From an uncultured virus (IMG/VR IMGVR_UViG_3300031134_000596) (lineage: Duplodnaviria; Heunggongvirae; Uroviricota; Caudoviricetes), in IMG/VR virus record IMGVR_UViG_3300031134_000596: a DNA stretch of 64,000 nucleotides; one strand, 5' to 3'. The notes under the pieces are model-generated. The model searched no databases. It was given only the letters and a program-made list of their open reading frames with translations, and had not been told where the DNA came from. Made by a program: the position numbers and the translations under genes. Positions 29,607 to 38,899 of the stretch are shown one piece after another (position 1 is the first letter of the stretch; every line of letters starts with the position of its first letter).

Positions 29607-29791
29607 ACTGAACGCTTAGCACGAACCCTGCTGATGACATTGTGGACAAGGATGAAACCAGCGAGAGCAAACACCACTCCGAGGACGAAAATGCCTGTAC
29701 TGAAAGACAGAACAGCAAGAACGAAAAGGATGGCAGTAAGTGCCACGCCAGGAGCAAGGTTAGAATCTTCTGAAGTGTTTGAAGTGGGCAT
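29603..29791 (-). CDS. Small membrane protein
   Basis: Two TM segments. Confidence 0.55.
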   Translation of the reverse strand: MPTSNTSEDSNLAPGVALTAILFVLAVLSFSTGIFVLGVVFALAGFILVHNVISRVRAKRSV

Positions 29792-29843
29792 AGCAACATC
29801 TTAGCACATTTTTAGTGCCAGTTTTCTGCATCTCTTGTAGGCC

Positions 29844-29892
29844 AGAGAGGTGAGGCCCTGAATCTCAACTCGATTCAGGGCCTCACCTCTCT
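29844..29892. terminator. Intrinsic terminator
   Basis: 21-bp inverted repeat just after the 29896 stop. Confidence 0.75.
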
Positions 29893-29895
29893 TTG

Positions 29896-30828
29896 TTAGC
29901 TCAGTCGGAAATCAAGCTCTTCCTTGTAAGCCTGACGACCCATGTCATCATCCTTGAGGCTCCAGATGCGCTCCTCATCCATCTTCCTCAAACGAGCAGC
30001 ATCCTCAGGGGACAAAGTGTTGAAGTACTGTACTGCCTGCTCACGGAACTCCACCAGCTGCTCATCCGTGAAATTGGAGCCAGCAGGAATCTTGCGGAGG
30101 ATGTTTCGGAGCTCGCGGTCGATGGTGTACTCCTTACCTTCTTCAGACTGAAGCCACTTCTCGTTATCGATGCGAGCCTTCTCGCGTCGAGCAATCTCAG
30201 CCTTCTCAGCAGCTGCAGCAGCTTCCTCCCGCTTCAGACGGGCTGAACGGTGGCTCTCCATGTACTTAGACAGACGAGTCTTGACCCCCTTCACGTCATA
30301 GTGAAGGGTTACTTCGACCTCAAGAGGGAATGTGAGTTCTGCCCCAAGGTTCACTCGGGGAGCCTGGTAAGGGTAGCCGTTGTTAGCGTAAGGGTCCTCA
30401 TCACTGTTCTGTCGAACAGCACCCTTGAAGGGGTTGAATTCCTCGTAACGCTCATCCTGGAAGTCCTCAGGGTAGAACTGAGCCGAAGTCAGCCAACCAA
30501 CATAGGTGACTGTATGGTGGAAAGTCGATGCCATCTGCAAACCCTTGAGTTCGAAGTTGGCAAGAGTAACAGGGTCAGTCTCCTCATCACGAGCAAAAGC
30601 ATGTCCCAGCTCGACCCTGAACTGGGGAAGCGTTGCACTGCCACGCTCGTGCATCTCGATTGAACCACCAGCGATGTAGAACAGCCTCCGCTCGCCTTCC
30701 TTGTAACGGTCAGCATGCTCGATGGTGATGTAAGAAGTTGCCTCGTTATGCTCATCATCAATCAGGTACGGAAAAACAGGGTTCTCGACCGTAATGTGCG
30801 AAGGTCGCTGCTTGGAGTCAGTAGTCAT
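29896..30828 (-). CDS. Hypothetical protein with C-terminal coiled coil
   Basis: 310-aa ORF directly after a TTGACA..TAGACT promoter. Confidence 0.7.
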   Translation of the reverse strand: MTTDSKQRPSHITVENPVFPYLIDDEHNEATSYITIEHADRYKEGERRLFYIAGGSIEMHERGSATLPQFRVELGHAFARDEETDPVTLANFELKGLQMASTFHHTVTYVGWLTSAQFYPEDFQDERYEEFNPFKGAVRQNSDEDPYANNGYPYQAPRVNLGAELTFPLEVEVTLHYDVKGVKTRLSKYMESHRSARLKREEAAAAAEKAEIARREKARIDNEKWLQSEEGKEYTIDRELRNILRKIPAGSNFTDEQLVEFREQAVQYFNTLSPEDAARLRKMDEERIWSLKDDDMGRQAYKEELDFRLS

Positions 30829-30881
30829 GCTTCCAGTCTAACCAAAACTGAATTGTTTGTCAACTGAGACTGATGAAATGA

Positions 30882-31916
30882 CTACTTGGTCTCAGCGATA
30901 AGTCGTTCATCAACCATCTGGATAATAGGGAAGTTCATGTGGTCCCCTTTTTTGAACTTACCCCATCGCTGGTAGCTTTCATCGCTCTGTGAATAACCTC
31001 TACTGTATTGGCTGTTGAGGTCTTTCCTGTCTGAAGCGAACTCAAAACGCTGTGAACGGCGACTACCTGTGATACGAAACTTCGTGTTACGAGGAAGGAG
31101 TATCTCCTTCTCCAGGGATTGGATGTCTCCTCCTCTGGATTTTTCCTCCGGCTGAAGGGAAGCTCCTTGTTTTGAGAGTATCTCCATGACTACATAACCA
31201 TGGTTTTTGTTCCCACCGTTCCTGTCGTGCATGTGAGCCATGATGAATTCAGGGTCAGCTGTAGTTGACATGAACCCTTTCTCTTTGAACGCTTCTCCTG
31301 TTTTGAAGTACCGTTCGATGTATTCGTTAGGTGACACTCCGGCTGGCACTCTAAAGAAACGGTACAGCTTGCGAGGACCTTCAGGCTCCTTCGCGGAAGC
31401 TAAAGCTTCGTCTAAGTTCTTGATATCCCGGGGAACATTCTCCGCTAAGTCTTCTCGATAGAAAGGATTCTCTCGAATCAGCTCTGGAAGTCCTTTCTTT
31501 CTCAGAACAGTGTTCACTAATTCGAATAAAGTCATTGTGTAGCGTCTTACGCTGTTTGACTGGTCTCGGGTGAGGCTATTAGCCCACTCTTCTTGCTCTT
31601 CAAAAAGCTTAGCTGTGTGGGCAAGACGTTCTTCAGCATCAAGACCAGTTATAGCTTCACGTGATTTCTTACTCAGCAAATCCAGCAGTTCTTGAGGTAC
31701 AGACTTCTGATTCGGCTTCTCCTGGAAAGGTAACGTCTCAGGAAGGTGCTCTCTCACCAAGTCCTTGTGGGCTTCTTTCCAACTCTGGACAGCTTTTTCG
31801 GCAAGACGTTCTTTGTTGTACTCATTGCGATGCTTGTAACGTGCTTTTCTTCTGACATTAGCTATGGCGTCTGCGTATTCACAGCGTTGTCCGCCATCTG
31901 CTTTGGCTTTGCACAT
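30882..31916 (-). CDS. ADP-ribosyltransferase (R-S-E clade, ExE type; VIP2/Alt-like) with N-terminal Cys motif
   Basis: RRYT...F..VN..LR, KLYR, GFMSTT, LEKEILLPRNTKFRI; N-terminal MCKAKADGGQRC. Confidence 0.85.
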   Translation of the reverse strand: MCKAKADGGQRCEYADAIANVRRKARYKHRNEYNKERLAEKAVQSWKEAHKDLVREHLPETLPFQEKPNQKSVPQELLDLLSKKSREAITGLDAEERLAHTAKLFEEQEEWANSLTRDQSNSVRRYTMTLFELVNTVLRKKGLPELIRENPFYREDLAENVPRDIKNLDEALASAKEPEGPRKLYRFFRVPAGVSPNEYIERYFKTGEAFKEKGFMSTTADPEFIMAHMHDRNGGNKNHGYVVMEILSKQGASLQPEEKSRGGDIQSLEKEILLPRNTKFRITGSRRSQRFEFASDRKDLNSQYSRGYSQSDESYQRWGKFKKGDHMNFPIIQMVDERLIAETK

Positions 31917-32144
31917 AGGATTCCTTTTTCTCCGTCTTTTGACATACTCTTTATCGGTCAATTCCTTATGTTTGCAGGGAATTTAGAGGGCTCGATTATG
32001 AAACAATACTGATTATATAGGAACTTTATCTTGACTCCAATCACGCCCATACTTTGCTATAAGTGCATATATGAGTGGTTTTAGATACCCTGGTGCGATC
32101 AGATCAAGACTGGTAGATTGAAGCTCTATGAAGGAGAGAATGCA

Positions 32145-32537
32145 GTGCTCAGCTTAGGTATTATTCTTGCCCACCTTGTAGGTGACTACATCCTGCAAAC
32201 CGATTGGATGGCAGCAGAGAAGACCAAAAGGTGGAAAGCCGCCATTATCCATGGCCTCGTCTATACCATTCCTTATGTCTTCGTGACCCAATCACCTCTG
32301 GCTCTTCTCGTCATCGGTGGAACGCACATGGTGATTGACCGGTATCGTCTGGCTCGTTACGTCATCTGGTTCAGCAACCAAATCGGACCCAAAGAATATC
32401 GATACTCCTGGGAAGAGGCTAAAAAGAACGCTGGTTACGGTCCTAACAAGCCTGCCCATATCAGTGTCTGGTTGCTGTTCATCATCGACAACACCATCCA
32501 CCTGGGTATCAACGCAGCAGCTGTCTACTGGCTCTAA
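32145..32537 (+). CDS. DUF3307 membrane protein
   Basis: AHLVGDYILQTDWMA, HGLVY, THMVID, IIDNTIH. Confidence 0.85.
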   Translation: MLSLGIILAHLVGDYILQTDWMAAEKTKRWKAAIIHGLVYTIPYVFVTQSPLALLVIGGTHMVIDRYRLARYVIWFSNQIGPKEYRYSWEEAKKNAGYGPNKPAHISVWLLFIIDNTIHLGINAAAVYWL

Positions 32538-32589
32538 TAGTTGATAATTTTGCCTCTTTGGCGATTCTCTTTATTTCCCTGGTATACTG

Positions 32590-32746
32590 TCTGTAGTGGC
32601 TACCGCAGTTGCCCGCCTCGAAACATTGTCTCCTACGCAGTAATGTTGATGAGAGTAAGGTTCTTTGAATCCTGCCAAATAGTGTCTAACTCATTGAACC
32701 TACAATCAGCAGACAAGCGTAGGTTGTGTGCAGAAAATAGGAAATC
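32590..32746 (+). promoter_or_regulatory. Candidate structured 5' leader
   Basis: Extended -10 TGGTATACT at about 32580; AACATT/AATGTT hairpin whose loop CCTACGC is complementary to downstream GCGTAGG. Confidence 0.4.
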
Positions 32747-33151
32747 ATGACCAAAGACAACGCTCAAAAGACAATTATTCGCAACCGGATGAAACGCACA
32801 GGTGAGTCTTATGCTGTCGCCATGCGAAAACTGCAACCACCAAAATTTGAAGTCATTGAGTTTGGCGAAGATGGCGAATGCTGGTTCGTCGTTGGCACCC
32901 TTGATGAGAAGGAAGCTATCACAGCCATCAAACAGTGGCTTGACAACATCATCTGGCCCGACCCAGGAACCCCTGCAGGTTACGACCATCCTGATGAAAA
33001 TTATTTAGCCTACGTTGCAGGCGACGATTTCTACTTCGTTCCAGCATACCCAGACAACCCAGACACTGAATATGAGCTGAAGAAGGTGTCGAAGAACCCT
33101 TCAGAATATAAGGATGAAGAACTGTTTTCAGGTATGCTCGTCCAGGTATAA
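32747..33151 (+). CDS. Protein with actinobacterial MT.D.A.K..IR.RM..TGE.Y..A N-terminal helix motif
   Basis: MTKDNAQKTIIRNRMKRTGESYAVAMR. Confidence 0.7.
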   Translation: MTKDNAQKTIIRNRMKRTGESYAVAMRKLQPPKFEVIEFGEDGECWFVVGTLDEKEAITAIKQWLDNIIWPDPGTPAGYDHPDENYLAYVAGDDFYFVPAYPDNPDTEYELKKVSKNPSEYKDEELFSGMLVQV

Positions 33152-33192
33152 CAGTAACGCCGGCACAATTAGTTCATGTGCCGGCGTTACTG
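33152..33192. terminator. Bidirectional terminator
   Basis: 16-bp inverted repeat between convergent genes. Confidence 0.7.
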
Positions 33193-33193
33193 C

Positions 33194-33466
33194 TTAATCA
33201 TCGAGAAGAATGTCTTGTTCCGTGTCCACAATTGCATGGACATCTTCAAAGCTGTTCTCAGACATGTACTTATCAAACTCTGCCTGCTCTTCTGGAGTTC
33301 GCTCCAATTTACCCCACCTAATCAATGCTTCTTTAGCAATTGGGTTATCATCTGCAGCAACAGACTGTCTCAAAATTTCTGTTCTTGTCTCATGCTCAGT
33401 GGGGCGAGACAAAGCGAAAGCGAAGGCTTTGACAGCTTCTTCATCACCTTTAGTTAGTTTATCCAT
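33194..33466 (-). CDS. Hypothetical protein (paralog of the N-domain of 33491-34015)
   Basis: D..AV.AFAFAL..P.....EILR vs D..TL.QFAAAL..P.....ELLR. Confidence 0.6.
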   Translation of the reverse strand: MDKLTKGDEEAVKAFAFALSRPTEHETRTEILRQSVAADDNPIAKEALIRWGKLERTPEEQAEFDKYMSENSFEDVHAIVDTEQDILLDD

Positions 33467-33490
33467 AGCTACTCCTTAGTCTGTTTTTGT

Positions 33491-34015
33491 TTAGTCAAGT
33501 ATTAAATCGTCTGTATTGCCTTTGCGAATATTACTCAGTCCTCGTCTTGTAGCTGCATCAAAAAGGTCCTCAATTGTATTTTCTGGAGTCGAGACGATTA
33601 CCACTTCTTTCACTCTACGAAGCTGCAGCTGCCGTACAAGCTCATCGCAGTAAAGAGCGCTGGCATAGCTAACATTTCGACCTACCAGTATGACTTTCTT
33701 GTCTGACAAGTTGTTGAGCTGATGCGACATCAGCTCTTGGGCTGCATCTTGAGACCCAGCTAACCGAGGCAGAGTGATACGTACCTCGTCAGGATTTTCT
33801 AAGAGCTTAAACTTGCTGGTATCAATGTCCCCTCGCTCCAAAATAGCATTATTGGACAGAACACGAGAGGCAAAAGCGTCGCCGTTTTCAGCTTGGATGC
33901 GAAGTAGCTCCAAGGTAACATCCGTAGAGTTAGGAAGAGCTAAGGCTGCAGCAAACTGGCTTAGCGTCTTCCTATCATGATCGTTCATCATTTCCAGATG
34001 TTGATTCAAATCCAT
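33491..34015 (-). CDS. Protein with C-terminal STAS-like domain
   Basis: VILVGRNVSYASALYCDELVRQL ... VVIV. Confidence 0.55.
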   Translation of the reverse strand: MDLNQHLEMMNDHDRKTLSQFAAALALPNSTDVTLELLRIQAENGDAFASRVLSNNAILERGDIDTSKFKLLENPDEVRITLPRLAGSQDAAQELMSHQLNNLSDKKVILVGRNVSYASALYCDELVRQLQLRRVKEVVIVSTPENTIEDLFDAATRRGLSNIRKGNTDDLILD

Positions 34016-34169
34016 TGCTCACTCCATCAAAGTATAATGGTTACAGTCTACACCATTTGTTGAGGTAAAGACACCCTTGAGAACTTAGGTAGAGCTTTTT
34101 GTAGTTGCGGGAATAATGATTCCAGTTGGTTAGTTGAACTCTATGCAAACGCATAGAAAGAAGGATGAA

Positions 34170-35261
34170 ATGCAATTTGGAATTTTTAGTGTCGGAGACA
34201 TCACTACTGACCCAACTACAGGGAAAACCCCTAACGAGCACGAAAAGCTCATGAACACCCTTACCATTGCCCAGCATGCAGAGGAAGTAGGTCTGGATGT
34301 ATTCGCCACAGGAGAACATCACAACCCACCATTCGTGGCATCCCCAATTCCTATGTTGAGCTACCTGGCAGCCAGGACGAAAACCATCACCCTCTCCACA
34401 GCCACAACACTCATCACAACAAACGATCCTGTTTTGCTGGCTGAAGACTACGCAATGCTGCAACACCTGTCAGAAGGTCGCATGGATTTGGTCCTTGGGC
34501 GCGGTAACACAGGTCCTGTTTATCCTTGGTTCGGTAAAGACATCCGCCAGGGGGTAAACCTTGCAATCGAAAACTATGCCTTATTGCACAAGCTGTGGAG
34601 AGAAACCGAAGTCGACTGGAAAGGACACTTCCGTACACCTCTGAATAGCTTTACTTCCACCCCGCGACCTCTTGATGGTGTTGCACCATTCGTGTGGCAT
34701 GGAAGCATTCGTTCACCTGAAATTGCCGAACAAGCTGCTTTTTACGGGGATGGATTCTTCCACAACCATATCTTCTGGAACAAAGAACACACTCAACAGA
34801 TGGTCCAACTGTACAGAGAACGTTTCGAACACTATGGTCATGGAACGGCAGAAGAAGCAATTGTAGGTATCGGAGCTCAAGTATTCATGGCTGAAAAGTC
34901 ACAGGATGCAGTGAACCAGTTCCGTCCTTACTTCAATGAAGCTCCAGTCTACGGTCATGGTCCTTCTTTGGAAGACTTCACAGAACAAACACCATTGACT
35001 GTGGGTTCCCCTGAACAGGTCATTGAGAAGAATCTGAAGTTCTTAGACTACACAGGTCCTGTTCAACGTCAGCTCTGGCTTATCGACCATGCTGGTCTGC
35101 CTTTAAAAACTGTTCTTGACCAGATTGACATGCTGGCAGAAAAAGTTGTCCCTGTTCTGAGGAAAGAGATGGAATCACGTAAACCAGCAACAGCTCCTGC
35201 AAATCCACCAACTCATCAGGAGCGTGTCAAGCAGGCTGAAGACCAGTTGTTCTCTGAGTGA
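34170..35261 (+). CDS. LLM-class flavin-dependent oxidoreductase (CE1758-like)
   Basis: MQFGIFSVGD, FATGEHHNPPF, TTNDPV..AEDYA, GRGN, WHGSIRS. Confidence 0.92.
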   Translation: MQFGIFSVGDITTDPTTGKTPNEHEKLMNTLTIAQHAEEVGLDVFATGEHHNPPFVASPIPMLSYLAARTKTITLSTATTLITTNDPVLLAEDYAMLQHLSEGRMDLVLGRGNTGPVYPWFGKDIRQGVNLAIENYALLHKLWRETEVDWKGHFRTPLNSFTSTPRPLDGVAPFVWHGSIRSPEIAEQAAFYGDGFFHNHIFWNKEHTQQMVQLYRERFEHYGHGTAEEAIVGIGAQVFMAEKSQDAVNQFRPYFNEAPVYGHGPSLEDFTEQTPLTVGSPEQVIEKNLKFLDYTGPVQRQLWLIDHAGLPLKTVLDQIDMLAEKVVPVLRKEMESRKPATAPANPPTHQERVKQAEDQLFSE

Positions 35262-36774
35262 GCATGAACTTGTTCGCTCTGAATGCGTCATACAGATACC
35301 ATTCTCGTGCGTCCTGCATGACAGCTTCAGCAGTGTGCTCTCGAAGAGCTTTCACTCCGTAATGATACCCCTCGCAGTATAAGCAGGAGTAGATGGTTGA
35401 TTCGACTTTGCCGCCTAAGATAATTGCAGCAATGTAAGCCTCTACTCCTGTTTCATATCTAACTTTACGGCCACACTCATAGAACTCTTTCAACTGCTCA
35501 TCAGTCACCTGGCTGACACTAACAGTGTGCTCTGCAGCATAGTTGTAGTTGCGGATGCCTTCTCGCTCTTTGATCCCGAGGAAAATTTTGTTCAAAGTCA
35601 CCAAATCAGAATGAATCAGGTCTCTGATGAAAGCTTTCACCAGGTTGAAACTCAGAACAAAGTCAGGGGTGAGCAGTTCAGCTGACTCGTCAGCGTAGTA
35701 GAAAGCTGTAACGAATTTTTGGTACACCTGCTCGTCAACATAGTGTTTAGTCTTCTTGTCATGCTGGGAGCAGTAAACGAACCTTGTTGCTGTAGGTCCA
35801 GCAGAAAGTGCTGACTGATGAACCTGCTTGACAAATTCTGCATGCAGTTCGCTGAAACGATTCATGATTTGGAGAGCTTTAGACCATTCAGGGCGATCTT
35901 GAACATAAGGCAGACAGTAGTCGAAGACGCTCTTTTCTGTTTGCTTCACACGTTCCAAAAACTTCAATCGATGTTTCAAAGAAGCAGGGAAAAGTTGGTC
36001 TTTGACACTCTGAGCCACATGGGCGAGAACAAGATGAGCTTCACCAGTTTTTGGGTTCACATACACTGCGTTGAAGGAAGGCACAAAACGATGCAATTCT
36101 GCGGGTAAGTCAACTTCGTTCTTTTTGAGCTCAGCATAAAACTCATCAATCAGGTATTCGTAGTTCTCAGCATCTTCAGCTGACCAGGAAGTCACATATT
36201 TTTGAGTCCGTTGGTCAATCATTGCTTCCAGATGAGCAAGAACAATTGATGGCATGGTCTTAGCTAAATGAGAATACTGCTTCTTCATGTCCAAAGAATG
36301 CAAGAAAGAATTCATCAAAGTTGTGGGAATAGCCACACGGTGGATAGCAGTGCGAAGAGTCACTAACGTCAAATCTTTCAACGGTAGAGAAGCTCGAACT
36401 GTGGCTTCATCAGCTAATGCAGTTTTCTCAAACTGGTCAATGAGAAGTTCTTGTTGAGCAAACCAGTAAGGGTGCTCTCTGCCCCATGACGCATGAGCTT
36501 CAATGTCTGCTATGTATGCTTCACGGAGCATCCCGCTACTAAGGCTGCAATGAATGAACTCGTTCTTTTCTTTGTCCGTCAAAGAGCTGCTGTTCAGTTC
36601 AGCCAGCAAAGCTTTCCAGTGCTGTTTCTCAACTACATGAGTATGGCTGCAGTATCGACAATAAACCCCTTTATGTAGTGAGGGGTTGTAATCGTCCAGC
36701 TGGTTTGGAAGATCAAACTGGTTTCCGCAAATGAGCTCGCGGAACCGAGTTCGCATGGCTAATACTGGGTCCAT
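35227..36774 (-). CDS. Multi zinc-finger protein (paralog of 26068-27318)
   Basis: CRYCSHTH; YCSQH; CGRKVRY ... YSCLYCEGYHYG. Confidence 0.7.
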   Translation of the reverse strand: MDPVLAMRTRFRELICGNQFDLPNQLDDYNPSLHKGVYCRYCSHTHVVEKQHWKALLAELNSSSLTDKEKNEFIHCSLSSGMLREAYIADIEAHASWGREHPYWFAQQELLIDQFEKTALADEATVRASLPLKDLTLVTLRTAIHRVAIPTTLMNSFLHSLDMKKQYSHLAKTMPSIVLAHLEAMIDQRTQKYVTSWSAEDAENYEYLIDEFYAELKKNEVDLPAELHRFVPSFNAVYVNPKTGEAHLVLAHVAQSVKDQLFPASLKHRLKFLERVKQTEKSVFDYCLPYVQDRPEWSKALQIMNRFSELHAEFVKQVHQSALSAGPTATRFVYCSQHDKKTKHYVDEQVYQKFVTAFYYADESAELLTPDFVLSFNLVKAFIRDLIHSDLVTLNKIFLGIKEREGIRNYNYAAEHTVSVSQVTDEQLKEFYECGRKVRYETGVEAYIAAIILGGKVESTIYSCLYCEGYHYGVKALREHTAEAVMQDAREWYLYDAFRANKFMLTQRTTGLQPA

Positions 36775-36787
36775 TCAATCCCCCAGC

Positions 36788-36979
36788 TTAGTTAGCTACC
36801 ACTCGGGCGATGCGCTCGGCATCAAGCGGGAGCTTCTGGATTCCTAGAAGAATAGTGTAGTTACCGTTCTCCTCTGAAAGAAGACCCGAGATTGCTCGAC
36901 CGTTCTTCATCTTCACGATGACCTGGTTGTTGATGTTGTTCTGGAGCGACTGTGCGACGCTGTTCTCGTTGTTAATCAT
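36788..36979 (-). CDS. Small Sm/LSm(Hfq)-like protein
   Basis: Helix then VIVKMKNGRAISGLL (Sm1-like), ending IARV. Confidence 0.5.
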   Translation of the reverse strand: MINNENSVAQSLQNNINNQVIVKMKNGRAISGLLSEENGNYTILLGIQKLPLDAERIARVVAN

Positions 36980-37030
36980 TATGGTTTGATACTATCATGG
37001 TCTCAGCAGAAAGACAAGAGCGTTTGAGGC

Positions 37031-37249
37031 TCAGACTTTCAACGAGTAGGTGAGGAAAGTGAAATCAGGATCAGGACTTGCAACCCAACCCAGTTTGGTC
37101 AGTTCTTCAAGATGAGCGTCGGAGATGACATCATCGACAATGCTGATGGTGATAATTCCTGGACCGGCTCCTGGTCTACCCCATAGAAGGTACGAATCAT
37201 ATTCGGTGAAAATGTTCATGCCGCGTGTCAACGAGTGATGTAAGTCCAT
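37031..37249 (-). CDS. Hypothetical protein
   Basis: 72-aa ORF, LEELTKLGW. Confidence 0.55.
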   Translation of the reverse strand: MDLHHSLTRGMNIFTEYDSYLLWGRPGAGPGIITISIVDDVISDAHLEELTKLGWVASPDPDFTFLTYSLKV

Positions 37250-37317
37250 TTATCCAAAATACCATAAAGACCGATACTTATTGATGTACGACCACTTCCC
37301 CCGAAAGATTACTGTTT

Positions 37318-38895
37318 ATGCTTAAGCTTCACTCTGTCCTAAAATCTTCCCGTGCCGCCATTGATCTGGCTTCCATCATGGTTGGTGTCATCATCATCGG
37401 CCTCATCGGTGGTGTCATCGCGGCTACCGTTTTTGCTGTCATTCCATGGTCTCAAGACAAAGCAGCGAAACAACAGCTGGAAGCTATTGCTACGGCCGAA
37501 AATGCCCAGTATGGGAAATCCTCCGAAGGTAACAGCAAGCCTTTCTATGGTGACTCTGCGACTTTAGCTGCAGGTGGTTGGTTGCAGCAAGGCGAAAACT
37601 ACTGTGTAGTCACTCCAGATGAAGATAAGCAATCCTACAAAGCAGCTGTCAAATCAGCCTCTGGAAAAGTGTTTGTTTCTACCAACAAAGCCCCTAACCC
37701 TGTCGAAGCAGTGACAGGCGAAACTACTTGCATTGGTGTTGGTCCTGGAACTGGCACCACTAATCCTGCACCAGTGCCGGCTCCAACAACTGCTGTTAGC
37801 TTCCTATCTTCCAGTATGGGAAGCGCTAATCACATGGTCGTAAACAAGAACAATGCGTTGTATTCTTGGGGAACTAACACAGCAGGTCAGCTGGGGGATG
37901 GTACTTTGGTTTCCACTACTCTCCCAGTCAAAAGCTTGGACGGTAAATTCACTCAAATTGCTTTGAGTAAAGACTGGACAGTTGCTTTGCAGGATGATAA
38001 CACTTTATGGGCTTGGGGTAACAACGGTAATGGTTGGTTGAATGCAGGTTCTGTTGGAAAAGTTGTCACTCCCACAAAAGTAACTATTGCTGGTACTCCT
38101 CTTGAAGGAAAAAAGATAAAACAAATTGCAGCTACTCCTAGTTTTTATTACGTACTCACAAGCAATAATGAACTTTACAAATCGACTATTCGCTTCTCCA
38201 GCAAGGTTAGTTTTACAGGAACGGCTTTAGTGAGTACCAACATCACAAAACTTGCTACTGATTCAGATTCTGATGCCTATTTTGTCATTTCATCTGAAGG
38301 AAAACTGTACGCAGGTGGTGAAGGTGGAAACTATTTGCAAGCTGATGGTAGCGGTGATATACACACCGCACCTCTCCACGAAATTGGTCCAGGAACTCAA
38401 CTAGCTGGAAAAACTGTCACGGATATAGCTGTTGCTGGCAATACTGCCCGTGCGCTGACTTCAGATGGTCGTCTCTATGGATGGGGTTACAATAATTTCA
38501 GTGAGATTGGTTTTGGTAGTAGCTATTCCGCGTTAAAGCCGCTGGAAACTCCTTTAACTGGTACGCCTTTAGAAGGTAAAACTATTACCAACATTGCAGC
38601 TGGTTCGAACCATACCTTAGTCGTCACAAGTGAAGGTAAAGTCTATTCAGCTGGTTCCAATGCATTAGGTCAAAGAGGCATTGGAACCGCCACTTCCATC
38701 AATGCTTACATGGCTGTAGCTACTGCCGGAACTCCGATGGATAACCAGAAAATTGTAGCAATTACTGCTGGGAAAAACGTCTCTTACGCGTTGGATTCAA
38801 ACGGTAAATTGTACGGTTGGGGCTCTGGAAGTCAATTAGGTAGTGGTCCTATAGGTATGCAGAAAGCACCTATCGAAATAGCTCTTCCTGAGTAG
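37318..38895 (+). CDS. Pilin-like N-terminus fused to RCC1-repeat beta-propeller
   Basis: AAIDLASIMVGVIIIGLIGGVIAATVFAVIPWSQDKAAKQQL then LYSWG.N..GQLG repeats. Confidence 0.85.
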   Translation: MLKLHSVLKSSRAAIDLASIMVGVIIIGLIGGVIAATVFAVIPWSQDKAAKQQLEAIATAENAQYGKSSEGNSKPFYGDSATLAAGGWLQQGENYCVVTPDEDKQSYKAAVKSASGKVFVSTNKAPNPVEAVTGETTCIGVGPGTGTTNPAPVPAPTTAVSFLSSSMGSANHMVVNKNNALYSWGTNTAGQLGDGTLVSTTLPVKSLDGKFTQIALSKDWTVALQDDNTLWAWGNNGNGWLNAGSVGKVVTPTKVTIAGTPLEGKKIKQIAATPSFYYVLTSNNELYKSTIRFSSKVSFTGTALVSTNITKLATDSDSDAYFVISSEGKLYAGGEGGNYLQADGSGDIHTAPLHEIGPGTQLAGKTVTDIAVAGNTARALTSDGRLYGWGYNNFSEIGFGSSYSALKPLETPLTGTPLEGKTITNIAAGSNHTLVVTSEGKVYSAGSNALGQRGIGTATSINAYMAVATAGTPMDNQKIVAITAGKNVSYALDSNGKLYGWGSGSQLGSGPIGMQKAPIEIALPE

Positions 38896-38899
38896 TAAT

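Noticed and set aside
32081..32094. TTAGATACCCTGGT matches a conserved 16S rRNA segment
   Set aside because: Only 14 nt with no flanking rRNA similarity
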